Origin: Rickettsiales bacterium
Lineage (GTDB): Bacteria; Pseudomonadota; Alphaproteobacteria; Rickettsiales; SXRF01
Assembly (NCBI GenBank): GCA_021299465.1
Contig: JAJTHB010000005.1
Coordinates: 8,456 to 72,455, forward strand
Length of the DNA stretch: 64,000 nt
Direction of reading: 5' to 3'
The notes under the pieces are model-generated. The model was not told the origin of the DNA, did no database searches, and saw only the letters and a list, made by a program, of their open reading frames with translations. The position numbers were made by a program, and so were the translations under genes. Each line of letters begins with the position of its first letter. The stretch's first letter is position 1. Below are positions 9,875-19,314 of this stretch, in pieces.

Positions 9875-12586
9875 ATGAATGATGAAACGCGCCCAGATCC
9901 AGATGAGCTTTTGAGTCGCATTGCGGCTGAGGAAAAAGCGACCGAGGAGCAGAGCACGCGCGGCAAACTCAAGATTTTTTTTGGCGCCTGCGCGGGTGTT
10001 GGCAAAACCTACGCCATGCTTTCTGCTGGTAAACAGGCGCTCGCTGAGGGAATTGATGTTGTGGTCGGGCTGGTGGAAACCCATGGCCGCGAAGAAACCA
10101 AAAAAATCCTTGAAGGCCTGCCGATCCTTCCCAGCCGCGAAGTTCAGTATCGCGGTACGCTGATCAAGGAATTTGATATTGATGCCGCGCTCGCACGTAA
10201 ACCAAAACTGATCCTGATTGATGAGCTTGCGCATAACAACGCGCCTGGCTCGCGCCATCCGAAGCGCTGGAATGATGTCGAGGAATTGCTGGACGCGGGG
10301 ATTGATATTTACACCACCATCAATGTACAGCATTTAGAAAGTCTCAATGACGTGGTGGCGAGGATCACCGGCATCTGGGTCAAGGAGACTGTTCCAGATG
10401 CCGTATTCGACAAGGCGGATGAGATTTCGCTGGTTGATATTCCTACCGAAGACCTGCTGAAGCGCCTTAAAGAGGGTAAAGTTTATATTGCGCCGGAAGC
10501 TAAAAAACGCGCGGCGCAGAATTTCTTCAAAAAAAGCAATTTGATTGCGCTTCGCGAGCTTGCCCTGCGCCGCACGGCTGAGCGTGTTGATGCGCAGATG
10601 GATGATTACAAAACATCGCAAGGCGGCATTGCACAGGCATGGAGCGGTGCTGATCGTATTCTGGTGTGCATCGGGCCGGACGTGCTTTCCAATAAAATCG
10701 TGCGCGCGGCGAAGCGTATGGCGAGCGGCCTGAAAGCTTCGTGGACGGCGATCTATATCGAGAATGATCGCCACCAGATGATGAGCAAGGAAGGCCAGGA
10801 ACAGCTTGATCGTACCAAGCGTCTGGCTATTCGCATGGGCGCTGATATCGAAGTGATCAAAGGCCAGCACGCTGCCGAAGAAATTGTGAATTACGCGCGC
10901 GCCAACAACATGACCAAAATTATTGTCGGCAAAAAACCGCGCCCACGCTGGCAGGAGATTCTTACCGGCACGCTTGCGGACGACATCATGCGCCGCTCAA
11001 GCGAGATTGATGTCTATGTCATCACTGGTGATAAGGAAGACCGGAAATCCTACAGCAATGCCTGGTGGTGGATGCAGGCTTCTTGGCAGGCCTACTTAGC
11101 TGCGCCGCTGATGGCGGCGTTCTTTACGCTGCTACTATTTCCATTGCGGGATGTCGTTGATCCGGTCAATCTCATCCTCATTTACCTGATTGGTATTGTT
11201 GCAGTGGCGCTTCGGTTTGGCCGTGGTCCATCGATTCTTGCAACGATACTTTCGACACTAAGTTTCAACTTTTTCTTCATGGAGCCGTTCTATTCCGTAA
11301 AAATTGCTGAAGAACGGCATGTTGTAACTTTCTTTGTTACGCTCGTTACGGGACTTATTATCGGGACGCAAACCGCCAGACTTCGCTTGCAGGCAGTTAA
11401 TGCAAGGAAACGAGAAAAAAACACCTCTACGCTCTATGCGATGAGTCGCGAGCTATCGGCAAACCGTGGCAAGGTACAGCTCGCGCAAATCGCTTCTCAG
11501 CATATTGCCGAGATGGTGGATAGCGATATTTTTATCTGGATTCCAAACGAGAAGGGGACTCTTCATACGGTGATAGCCCAAATGGAAGCTGATGAAGATG
11601 GGCTGGACCCTGTTCGTGAGGAAAGCGTCGCAACATGGAGCTATAACCATAAGCAGAATGCTGGTCTCGGAACAGATACGCTGCCCAGTGCTAAGGCGCT
11701 TTATATTCCTTTGGTTGGTTCGAATGGCGTGGTCGGTGTCATGGGTATTATGCCCCACGATGATGAAAGGACATCGTACAGTGCGGACATTGTTGAATTG
11801 TTGGAGGCGTTTGCCTCTATTACAGCCTCTGCATTGGAGCGCGCAAACGCCGCAGAGATGGTTGAAAAAACAATCGTCGAGGCGGAAAGCGAAAAGCTGC
11901 GAAATATTTTGTTATCCTCGGTCTCTCATGATCTGCGCACACCTCTTGCCGCAATCACCGGAGCTGCGAGCACATTACTCATAGAACATGATTCAATTAC
12001 GAAGGAATATCGCAAGGAACTATTGCGTTCGATTCACGAAGAAGGCGCTAGGCTTGCTAAGATGGTGACTAACTTGCTGGATGTGTCGAGCCTTGAGTCT
12101 GGGGCGGTTAAGCTTAATAAAGAGCTTTATTTTATCGAAGAGTTAATTGGCTCAGCGCTTATGCGTGTTGAGACAAAACTTAAAAACCATCGCGTGCTTA
12201 CTAACATTGAGCATGGACTGCCGCTAATTCGCATGGATGGCCTGTTGATAGAGCAGGTGCTGATTAACCTATTTGAAAATGCCGCAGAATATACGCCAAC
12301 CGGCTCCACCATCACGATTTCCGCAAGTATGGATAAGCCCGATATCAAAATTACTGTATCTGATAACGGGCCCGGTGTGGCCAAGGGACAAGAAGAGCGT
12401 ATTTTTGATAAGTTCTATATCGGCAACCATACTTTGACCAAGGGGGGTGGGCTTGGGCTTGCGATTTGTAGGGGAATCGTTGTTGCCCATGGCGGTAAGA
12501 TCTGGGCACAGAATGCTTCAGATGGAGGGGCTGTATTTACATTTACCTTACCCATCAAGCAGATAGTAGAATCAGAAGATAGCTAG
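9875..12586 (+). CDS. kdpD: Sensor histidine kinase KdpD
   Basis: 903 aa. N-terminal KdpD domain with P-loop GACAGVGKTY, a Usp-like region, 4 TM helices, H-box SHDLRTPL, and ATPase boxes NLFENA, DNGPGV, GGGLGLAI. Confidence 0.95.
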   Translation: MNDETRPDPDELLSRIAAEEKATEEQSTRGKLKIFFGACAGVGKTYAMLSAGKQALAEGIDVVVGLVETHGREETKKILEGLPILPSREVQYRGTLIKEFDIDAALARKPKLILIDELAHNNAPGSRHPKRWNDVEELLDAGIDIYTTINVQHLESLNDVVARITGIWVKETVPDAVFDKADEISLVDIPTEDLLKRLKEGKVYIAPEAKKRAAQNFFKKSNLIALRELALRRTAERVDAQMDDYKTSQGGIAQAWSGADRILVCIGPDVLSNKIVRAAKRMASGLKASWTAIYIENDRHQMMSKEGQEQLDRTKRLAIRMGADIEVIKGQHAAEEIVNYARANNMTKIIVGKKPRPRWQEILTGTLADDIMRRSSEIDVYVITGDKEDRKSYSNAWWWMQASWQAYLAAPLMAAFFTLLLFPLRDVVDPVNLILIYLIGIVAVALRFGRGPSILATILSTLSFNFFFMEPFYSVKIAEERHVVTFFVTLVTGLIIGTQTARLRLQAVNARKREKNTSTLYAMSRELSANRGKVQLAQIASQHIAEMVDSDIFIWIPNEKGTLHTVIAQMEADEDGLDPVREESVATWSYNHKQNAGLGTDTLPSAKALYIPLVGSNGVVGVMGIMPHDDERTSYSADIVELLEAFASITASALERANAAEMVEKTIVEAESEKLRNILLSSVSHDLRTPLAAITGAASTLLIEHDSITKEYRKELLRSIHEEGARLAKMVTNLLDVSSLESGAVKLNKELYFIEELIGSALMRVETKLKNHRVLTNIEHGLPLIRMDGLLIEQVLINLFENAAEYTPTGSTITISASMDKPDIKITVSDNGPGVAKGQEERIFDKFYIGNHTLTKGGGLGLAICRGIVVAHGGKIWAQNASDGGAVFTFTLPIKQIVESEDS

Positions 12587-12773
12587 AATCCGCAGTTTTC
12601 CAAGCGATTGTCACAAAAGATTCACATTCATACTCGCTTAATTAATGTAAAATTAACTAAAATTTGATATGAATATTAATATAAACGCAGATATTAATGG
12701 CTAAATAAGTTAATAATCTGCGAAATGATGTATAAGTGCCGGCTTTTTAGGCAGCAACATCTGAAATAAGGTT

Positions 12774-13325
12774 ATGAAAAACGGGATTAAAATTGCGGTA
12801 TTTGGGTTGCTTCAGCTTGCTATTGCAGGTCAGGCAAGTGCCCAGCTGGTTATCGCCCCATCAAATTTGGCGCTCAACCTTGCTCCATTACCCGTTGTTG
12901 CTAATAAAGATATAGCAAAACTGGATCTTGTTGCGATTCAGTCCATCGAGGTACAAAACGTCACTGAGCTCGGTTTGGAACAGCTTGCCAGTGTAAAGGC
13001 TGATTCAGAAGCATCTGAGAGCGATCAGGTTGCTGTGTCGGTTACGGTAGCGACAGTTAGCCTAACTGTGCCGCCCGCAGTTACCAACTCTTCGGTGAAT
13101 GCGGTTCCTAACAATAACAACTCAAACAGTGATATCGTTGTTATAACCAATAATAACAATCATGGCGGTGGTTATCAGAACAGTCATAACCTGCCGAGAA
13201 ACTTTGATGATGTTCTCAACGCTGATGGGCAATTAGCTGATTCGCAGTTCAGCCAGTTGATTAATGCGAACCACGCTCAAAACTCTGTTCAGCTCAACAT
13301 GTTTGAAACGGTTTTTGATTACTAA
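12774..13325 (+). CDS. Hypothetical secreted protein, Asn-rich (183 aa)
   Basis: Signal peptide ending AGQASA-Q. Low-complexity NNNNSNS and NNNNHGGG runs. Preceded by a strongly AT-rich 190-nt spacer. No family recognised. Confidence 0.5.
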   Translation: MKNGIKIAVFGLLQLAIAGQASAQLVIAPSNLALNLAPLPVVANKDIAKLDLVAIQSIEVQNVTELGLEQLASVKADSEASESDQVAVSVTVATVSLTVPPAVTNSSVNAVPNNNNSNSDIVVITNNNNHGGGYQNSHNLPRNFDDVLNADGQLADSQFSQLINANHAQNSVQLNMFETVFDY

Positions 13326-13338
13326 TTCAGCTTATCGC

Positions 13339-13743
13339 TTAGTCGTCCGTATCGACGTTATCATCACCAAAAGACATTCCCTCAGCCGATTCTGATTCTT
13401 CTTCGCTGGCTGCGGGCTTGATGCTGATATTCTGAGCGGCGTCCTTGAACGCTTCTTCGATCTCTGTAGGGATTTCTTCGCCTTTTGTGAGTAGCTTTTT
13501 ATCAGCGATATCAGAAACAGGTTTTTTGAAGAAACTCTGAACCAGATCTTCTTCCAGACCCTCAAGGCTCACTGTTTTATCAGCGATTTCGCGTAGCGAA
13601 ACCACCGCGTCTTTATCGTTATCGCGGTCGATCGTCAGCGGATTGCCTGAACCAATCTGTTTAGCGCGCTGCGAAGCAAGGAGTACCAGCTCAAAACGGT
13701 TGGGAACGTTCAAAATGCAATCTTCGACGGTGACACGTGCCAT
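13339..13743 (-). CDS. rpoZ: DNA-directed RNA polymerase subunit omega
   Basis: [25 protein letters not shown] followed by an acidic tail. Start set at the ATG at 13743; the longer track ORF to 14259 is antisense to lipA. Confidence 0.9.
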   Translation of the reverse strand: MARVTVEDCILNVPNRFELVLLASQRAKQIGSGNPLTIDRDNDKDAVVSLREIADKTVSLEGLEEDLVQSFFKKPVSDIADKKLLTKGEEIPTEIEEAFKDAAQNISIKPAASEEESESAEGMSFGDDNVDTDD

Positions 13744-13878
13744 GGGGCAAACTCCAAATAGTTGGGAAGGGCTGGCTTTTAGAGTGTTTTTTTCGCGCTG
13801 ACAAGTAAAAAGTGCCTTGTGCCAAGCGCTTTGTGCCTTATATATTCCATAAATCAATAGAGCGATCATATTAGCGTC

Positions 13879-14814
13879 ATGGCCGAACACCACAACCTTC
13901 TGGAAAAAAACGATAAGCGTGTGCCTAAACCGGATTGGATCCGGGTGAAGGCACCAACTTCGCGCGAATATCAGGCAACACGCGATGTTATCCACAAACT
14001 CAAACTTAACACAGTATGCGAAGAGGCGGCCTGCCCGAATATCGGCGAATGCTGGAGCCAAAAGCACGCGACCGTGATGATCATGGGCGACACCTGCACG
14101 CGCGCGTGCGCTTTCTGCAATGTTAAAACCGGCGTACCCGGAGCACTGAACCCGCATGAGCCAGAAAATCTTGCTGAAGCGGTTGCCAAGCTGGCGCTGA
14201 AACATGTGGTGATTACCTCGGTCGATCGCGATGATCTGGAAGATGGTGGTGCTAAACATTTTGCCGATTGTATCGCGGCGCTTAGAAGGCGTTCTCCCGC
14301 GACCACGATTGAAATTTTAACGCCGGATTTCCTGCGCAAGGAGCATGGTATTCCCATCGTCGTTGCGGCAAAACCCGATGTCTATAATCACAATATCGAA
14401 ACCGTGCCGCGTCTTTACAAAACCATTCGCCCGGGTGCGCGCTATTTCAATTCGCTTCATCTGCTTAAAACCGTCAAAGAAATTGACCCGTCGATTTTCA
14501 CCAAATCCGGCATCATGGTTGGCCTCGGCGAGGAAAAAGACGAGGTGCTGCAGGTGATGGATGACTTACGCGCCGCCGATGTGGACTTCATGACCATCGG
14601 CCAGTATCTGCAACCCACACCAGCTCATGCACCGGTCGATCGGTTTGTGACGCCCGATGAGTTCGAGTACTACAAGCGACAGGCCAAGGCTAAGGGTTTC
14701 CTTATGGTTGCCAGCTCGCCGCTGACGCGCTCCAGCTATCACGCGGGCGACGACTTTGCCGAGATGAAGAAAGCACGTGAGGCGATGCTTGCTAGTGAAG
14801 GCCAAGCGTCGTAG
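13879..14814 (+). CDS. lipA: Lipoyl synthase
   Basis: 311 aa. Cys clusters [13 protein letters not shown] and radical-SAM [10 protein letters not shown]. Confidence 0.95.
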   Translation: MAEHHNLLEKNDKRVPKPDWIRVKAPTSREYQATRDVIHKLKLNTVCEEAACPNIGECWSQKHATVMIMGDTCTRACAFCNVKTGVPGALNPHEPENLAEAVAKLALKHVVITSVDRDDLEDGGAKHFADCIAALRRRSPATTIEILTPDFLRKEHGIPIVVAAKPDVYNHNIETVPRLYKTIRPGARYFNSLHLLKTVKEIDPSIFTKSGIMVGLGEEKDEVLQVMDDLRAADVDFMTIGQYLQPTPAHAPVDRFVTPDEFEYYKRQAKAKGFLMVASSPLTRSSYHAGDDFAEMKKAREAMLASEGQAS

Positions 14815-14819
14815 ACCTG

Positions 14820-15260
14820 ATGCATTCTCATCACGAAACCCAGCATTCGCCCTACACGCCTGAGCAGCTCTTTGCGATGGTGGTGGATATTGAAGAGTAC
14901 CCGAAATTCCTTCCGTGGTGCCGCGCCGCGCGCATTTTGGAGAGAAAAGAAAATGAATTTCTTGGCGAGCTGGTGATCAGCTTTGCGCATTTAACCGAGA
15001 GCTACGTTTCTCGCGTAAGCCTGGCGCCACATTCGGGGGTAGACGTTTCATTAGTGCGTGGGCCGTTTAAGCAGCTCAGCAATAGCTGGCGCTTTACGCC
15101 GAAGCCTGGTGGTGGCACGCAGATTGATTTTTCGCTTTCCTTTGAGTTCCGCACCAAGCTTCTTGAAAAGCTGATCGGCGCGCTGTTTGGCCGCGCGACG
15201 GCGAAGATGGTTTCGGCGTTCAAGGCACGCGCCGATGTGTTGTATGGAACGAGGCCATGA
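14820..15260 (+). CDS. SRPBCC-fold RatA/COQ10-like (ubiquinone-binding) protein
   Basis: 146 aa. Position directly after lipA is a common alphaproteobacterial arrangement. Polyketide-cyclase/START-like pattern (FLPWC, SF.F.F). Confidence 0.7.
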   Translation: MHSHHETQHSPYTPEQLFAMVVDIEEYPKFLPWCRAARILERKENEFLGELVISFAHLTESYVSRVSLAPHSGVDVSLVRGPFKQLSNSWRFTPKPGGGTQIDFSLSFEFRTKLLEKLIGALFGRATAKMVSAFKARADVLYGTRP

Positions 15261-15691
15261 GTGGCTTACTGATCATGATTCTCATCATTTCCGCGATGTC
15301 GCTCGCGTCGTATGTTTATTGCTGGCGTGATATCATGCAAGGTAACCCACATATTATTTCGCTGCGGCAGATCACCTGCATCATGGATCGCAATATGCTG
15401 GATATGATATTTGGCAAGCATGAGGCGGGTTATCGCTATCTGCTATCGCCCTATTCACGAAAGTGGTTTCGCACGCAGTGGGGCTTTTACTATTTGCGAG
15501 AGACTGCGGCCGATTGGCTTTGCATCATCGGTGCGCTTTATTTCTGGTTTATTCCGGATCATCCGCTGACATTGTCATTTGTTTTGCTTGCGGTTTGCTG
15601 TCAGGGGATTAACATCACGCAGTCGGTGTTGCTGGTCAGACGCTGGCGTCACCAAATATTAGAAGAGTTAGATGAAGGAAGTGGCTTATGA
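15257..15691 (+). CDS. Hypothetical membrane protein (144 aa)
   Basis: ATGA overlap with the upstream gene. About 3 hydrophobic segments. No family recognised. Confidence 0.5.
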   Translation: MSGLLIMILIISAMSLASYVYCWRDIMQGNPHIISLRQITCIMDRNMLDMIFGKHEAGYRYLLSPYSRKWFRTQWGFYYLRETAADWLCIIGALYFWFIPDHPLTLSFVLLAVCCQGINITQSVLLVRRWRHQILEELDEGSGL

Positions 15692-16341
15692 AACGCATAG
15701 CATGGATAGGGGCAATCATGGGTCTACTTTCATTTACCGGTGGGTGTTCGAGTGCGCAGCAGCAATCGGGTGAGTATAAGGGTTATGAAACGCCTTCTTA
15801 CAGCGTGCTGGAGAGCGAGAATGGTTTTGAAATCCGCGAGTATAAACCCGCACTCATGGCAGAGGTGCGTGTGGATGGCGATCGCGGTGAGTCTGTGAAT
15901 AAAGGCTTTCGCATCCTCGCGGCTTATATTTTCGGAGAGAATGAACCCGCTGCCAAAGTGGCGATGACATCGCCGGTGACACAGACCAAAACGACCATCG
16001 CCATGACATCGCCAGTTACACAAGCTAAGGTCGGTGAAGAATGGCTGGTGCAGTTCATGATGCCGTCAAAATATACGATGCAAACACTGCCAAAAGCCAA
16101 GGATAGCCGCATTCGCTTTTTCATGACCAAGCCAAGCCAGAAGGCAGCGGTGGTATTTTCTGGCTTTACCAATGACAGTGCGGTGGAATCCCAGACACAG
16201 AAACTTAAAGACTGGGCGGCGGCGCGCGGGCTGAAAACCACGGGCGAACCGGTGATTGCCTATTATGATGATCCGTTTACCTTTCCATGGAACCGGCGCA
16301 ACGAAATCCAGCTGGAACTTGAGGGCTTGAAGCGCCGCTAA
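15688..16341 (+). CDS. SOUL/HEBP family heme-binding protein (lipoprotein-like signal)
   Basis: 217 aa. N-terminus LLSFTGGC, the YE.R.Y pattern, and a duplicated (V/I)AMTSPV motif typical of SOUL proteins. Confidence 0.75.
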   Translation: MKRIAWIGAIMGLLSFTGGCSSAQQQSGEYKGYETPSYSVLESENGFEIREYKPALMAEVRVDGDRGESVNKGFRILAAYIFGENEPAAKVAMTSPVTQTKTTIAMTSPVTQAKVGEEWLVQFMMPSKYTMQTLPKAKDSRIRFFMTKPSQKAAVVFSGFTNDSAVESQTQKLKDWAAARGLKTTGEPVIAYYDDPFTFPWNRRNEIQLELEGLKRR

Positions 16342-16395
16342 CATGACCTATGTTTTTCTTGCGCCGATTAACACCCCGGCTGCTAGAGACTAGTT

Positions 16396-16470
16396 ATAAT
16401 TACCCTTTATCCCTACGAAACACTTGGTCATGCAAGCCATGGCTGGCTTGATGCGCGGCATCATTTCTTC
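16396..16470 (+). pseudogene. Remnant of the first 25 codons of a pirin gene (start codon mutated to ATA)
   Basis: Translates IITLYPYETLGHASHGWLDARHHFF, against MITVYPYETLGHANHGWLDARHHFS for the intact pirin at 22199-22912 (opposite strand). I count 59/75 nt identical. No ORF continues beyond it. Confidence 0.8.
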
Positions 16471-16481
16471 AATACGCATTT

Positions 16482-16784
16482 TTAGGTCATTACTACAAGG
16501 CTGATCTTCACTTTATCACCAGCGAGTATTTTTTCTTTTTTACGAATATTCGCTTTGATGGGCAACAGATAAGCACCCGTCTTTGAGTTCGGGAAGATAG
16601 AAGTTTTCCATTCGCTTTTGCCAATTTTGGCATTCACGCTTAACGATCCCCAGCTGCGCTGTCTATGGCTGTTCAGAAATTTTATCTGCTCGGACTCATC
16701 TTTGGGAAGCGTGACGAAGAACCATGCACTCTTTCCAAGATACATCCAAAGTTCAGCAGTAAAATTTACAGCCATATTATTCAT
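16482..16784 (-). CDS. DUF1905 domain protein
   Basis: 100 aa. The pattern W.FV.LP.....I......WGS..V.A.IG...W.TS.FP...G.Y.LP.K..IRK is as I recall for DUF1905. Confidence 0.7.
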   Translation of the reverse strand: MNNMAVNFTAELWMYLGKSAWFFVTLPKDESEQIKFLNSHRQRSWGSLSVNAKIGKSEWKTSIFPNSKTGAYLLPIKANIRKKEKILAGDKVKISLVVMT

Positions 16785-16799
16785 ATGTTTTTTATTAGG

Positions 16800-17201
16800 T
16801 TACCACTCTGTCTTGATCATCGGCGTGCCTTCCAGCGTACGTTGCACGGGGCATTTGGCAGCCACCTCAATTAATTTTGATCGCTGCTTTTCGCTCAGGC
16901 TATCGCCATAGAGCGTGATCGTTTTTTCAAATATATCCTGCTTGCCCTCTTTGTGGTGCGTCAGCTTCACTTCAACCTTATCTAGTGGCCATTTTTGCTG
17001 AAGCGCATACCAACGTGCGGTCATCGCCGTACATTCACCCAGCGCCGCCGTGAGCAGATCATAGGGCGCTGGGCCGAGATTGCCGCCGCCGACATCATGC
17101 GGTTCGTCGCCTTTGATACGATGGCCGGAAACGTCAATATCCACTGCATAGGCGCTCTCAGCAGTTTCGATGATATGAGCTCGGATGGTTTTATCGGTCA
17201 T
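16800..17201 (-). CDS. OsmC family protein
   Basis: 133 aa. Blocks GPAPYDLLTAALGECT and AAKCPVQRTL. Confidence 0.8.
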   Translation of the reverse strand: MTDKTIRAHIIETAESAYAVDIDVSGHRIKGDEPHDVGGGNLGPAPYDLLTAALGECTAMTARWYALQQKWPLDKVEVKLTHHKEGKQDIFEKTITLYGDSLSEKQRSKLIEVAAKCPVQRTLEGTPMIKTEW

Positions 17202-17211
17202 TTGTTTTTTT

Positions 17212-18441
17212 TCATTTCTTGATTTGATCCGGCAAATAATCGACGCCGGGTGGTTTTTTCATCCAGTGATTAGGTTGTGTGCCTAAACTATAGCCCACAT
17301 CAAAAAGTTTACTCATATATTCTGGATCAAAAACCTCTGTAGATTCAGCGGTGAAGTCAGCGGGAATATACGCAAGATTATAATCTACACCATCTCGTTG
17401 AGCACCTACATAAAGGCGAAAAAGATCTCCCAGACCTTGGTATTTGGTAAGTGTTTCAATAGATCTCTGGCTGAGTGCAAAAAAACCGGGTTCGAGCGTT
17501 TTATATTCAGGAGTTACTTTACTATTGCGTATGATATAGAGGTGTCGATCCAAACGATAATGGACAAATTCATCAATCACACTGCGCTGCAATTTTAAGG
17601 GATAAATAAACACCTGCGATGTTACCCCACCATCGGCATGAATTTCACTGTAGCTCTTTCCATCCACTTCTACATTGATAAACACGGGTGAAAAAACTCC
17701 GGGGATCGAGGAAGATGCAAGCATAACTTTATGAATGAGTGTAAGCGCAGCAGGATTGCCGCTATTCGCAATAGCGCCAATATCCCAAATTACGCCGCGC
17801 TGCGCCTCAATGTTTGTGGTGCCAATAAATAAGCGCTTGCCTTTATTATGCTCAGCGGCGATTTTTTCCATGATCTCAGTTGTAATGGCTTCTTCGATTT
17901 TTCGTGCAAGTGGCGCATTATCTGTCAATGCCAGCCCACCCGTAATGCCATCAAGCACGCTCCATGCGCTGCCGACGAAGATATTGCTAGAATTAGTGGT
18001 GGTGAAGAGTTCTTTTATTTTTGAATCATACTCAGGCCCTATAAACACGAAAGGCGCAATCAACGCTCCGGTGCTGACACCGGTCACGATTGCAAAATAA
18101 GGCCGCTTTCCAGTTTCCGACCAGCCATAAAGAAGACCTGCACCAAAAGCACCGTCATACGCACCACCAGAAATTGCAAGATAATGCAGCGGAGGATAGG
18201 TCTTGTTTTTTTGAAAGTAAGATTGGTTGGCAGTGCGGTAAGCAGCAATGCGCTCCCGAATCATTGCCCCGATATTGGATGGTGCCTCATCTGCCCAGAA
18301 ACGAATACTCGAAGGAAATCCCGATACAGATGCCTGATGGCTTGCGGATTCCGGTACAGCTGTGTGTAGGGGGGGGGTGGCGCAGGCGCTTAGCAAAAGC
18401 AGAAATGCAAATTGGATAACGAGATTATAGCTATTTTTCAC
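17212..18441 (-). CDS. Patatin-like phospholipase, predicted lipoprotein
   Basis: 409 aa with lipobox LLLSAC. Oxyanion block ISGGAYDGAFGAG, nucleophile GVSTG, and a catalytic Asp in HADGG. Confidence 0.85.
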   Translation of the reverse strand: MKNSYNLVIQFAFLLLLSACATPPLHTAVPESASHQASVSGFPSSIRFWADEAPSNIGAMIRERIAAYRTANQSYFQKNKTYPPLHYLAISGGAYDGAFGAGLLYGWSETGKRPYFAIVTGVSTGALIAPFVFIGPEYDSKIKELFTTTNSSNIFVGSAWSVLDGITGGLALTDNAPLARKIEEAITTEIMEKIAAEHNKGKRLFIGTTNIEAQRGVIWDIGAIANSGNPAALTLIHKVMLASSSIPGVFSPVFINVEVDGKSYSEIHADGGVTSQVFIYPLKLQRSVIDEFVHYRLDRHLYIIRNSKVTPEYKTLEPGFFALSQRSIETLTKYQGLGDLFRLYVGAQRDGVDYNLAYIPADFTAESTEVFDPEYMSKLFDVGYSLGTQPNHWMKKPPGVDYLPDQIKK

Positions 18442-18444
18442 GAC

Positions 18445-19314
18445 TTACTCCGGCAGCGGGATAAATTCTTTATCATCACCCTGTATTACGCCAAATCGCC
18501 CAGCTTTCCAGTCTTCCTTTGCTTGCACGATGCGATCTTCGGAGGTAGATACAAAATTCCACCAGATAAAGCGTGGCTCAGGAAATGGCTCACCGCCGAG
18601 GAGCATCAGGCGAGAATCCTCCATTGCTTCAATAGCAATATCGCCGCCAGATTCAAACACCGGAAGTGTCAGAGGATGGATGATGGTGCTGCCGATGCGT
18701 AGTTTACCAGAGACCAGATAGAGTGCTCGCTCGCGATATTCCGGCGGGAGTGTAAAACGGCTTCCGGCAGACATTTTTGCTTCAAGGTAAAAAATGGGGC
18801 TGTAGACTTTTACCGGCGCTTCATGCGAAAGCGCCCGCCCGCAAATGAGCTTGAAATCGACGCCCTGATGCGAAAATTCCGGCAGCGTTTCGGTGCTGTG
18901 GTGATGGAATTCCGGTGCGATTTCCTCATATTCCTTCGGCAGCGCCACCCAGCTTTGCAGGCCGTGTGCAGTGTGTGGCCTTGCGCGTTCTTCTGCGCCG
19001 GTGCGTTCGGAATGGGCGATGCCACGCCCCGCCGTCATCCAGTTTACCGCGCCGGGCAGAATTTCCTGGCTGCTTCCCAGAGTGTCGCGGTGGTGAATCT
19101 CACCTTCAAAGAGATAAGTGACCGTGGCAAGTCCGATATGCGGGTGCGGGCGCACATCCATGCCATGACCCGCAGCAAATTGCGCCGGCCCCATATGATC
19201 GAGGAAAATAAACGGCCCCACCATGCGCCGTTTGGCAAATGGCAAAATGCGCCGCACGGAAAACCCGCCAAGATCTTTCTTGCGCGGCCCAATCGTCAGC
19301 TCAATTAGGCTCAT
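18445..19314 (-). CDS. Pirin family protein (two-cupin, ~290 aa type)
   Basis: Blocks HPHIGLATVTYLFEGEIHHRDTLG and NWMTAGRGIAHSE. Start set at the ATG at 19314, which forms an ATGA overlap with the upstream yceI stop. Confidence 0.85.
   Translation of the reverse strand: MSLIELTIGPRKKDLGGFSVRRILPFAKRRMVGPFIFLDHMGPAQFAAGHGMDVRPHPHIGLATVTYLFEGEIHHRDTLGSSQEILPGAVNWMTAGRGIAHSERTGAEERARPHTAHGLQSWVALPKEYEEIAPEFHHHSTETLPEFSHQGVDFKLICGRALSHEAPVKVYSPIFYLEAKMSAGSRFTLPPEYRERALYLVSGKLRIGSTIIHPLTLPVFESGGDIAIEAMEDSRLMLLGGEPFPEPRFIWWNFVSTSEDRIVQAKEDWKAGRFGVIQGDDKEFIPLPE

Noticed and set aside
13744-14259. Upstream extension of the track ORF 13339-14259, which would give a 306-aa protein ending in the rpoZ sequence.
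   Set aside because: The omega subunit starts at MARVTVEDC (ATG at 13743). The extra 172 codons are antisense to lipA and show no protein-like features.
14820-15260. RatA-family toxin as half of a toxin-antitoxin system.
   Set aside because: No small antitoxin gene accompanies it. The lipA-ratA linkage is a conserved housekeeping arrangement, and the fold is the COQ10/START lipid-binding type.
15958-16030. Direct duplication ATGACATCGCC(G/A)GT(G/T)ACACA in the SOUL gene, encoding (V/I)AMTSPVTQ twice.
   Set aside because: As far as I remember, SOUL/HEBP proteins normally contain the AMT.PV motif twice. I treat it as a family feature, not a recent repeat or mobile signal.
17212-18441. Patatin phospholipase as a possible CBASS or other anti-phage effector.
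   Set aside because: There is no cyclase, sensor or other defence gene adjacent. It has a lipoprotein signal peptide and sits inside a stress-response operon. An envelope or secreted lipase is more plausible.
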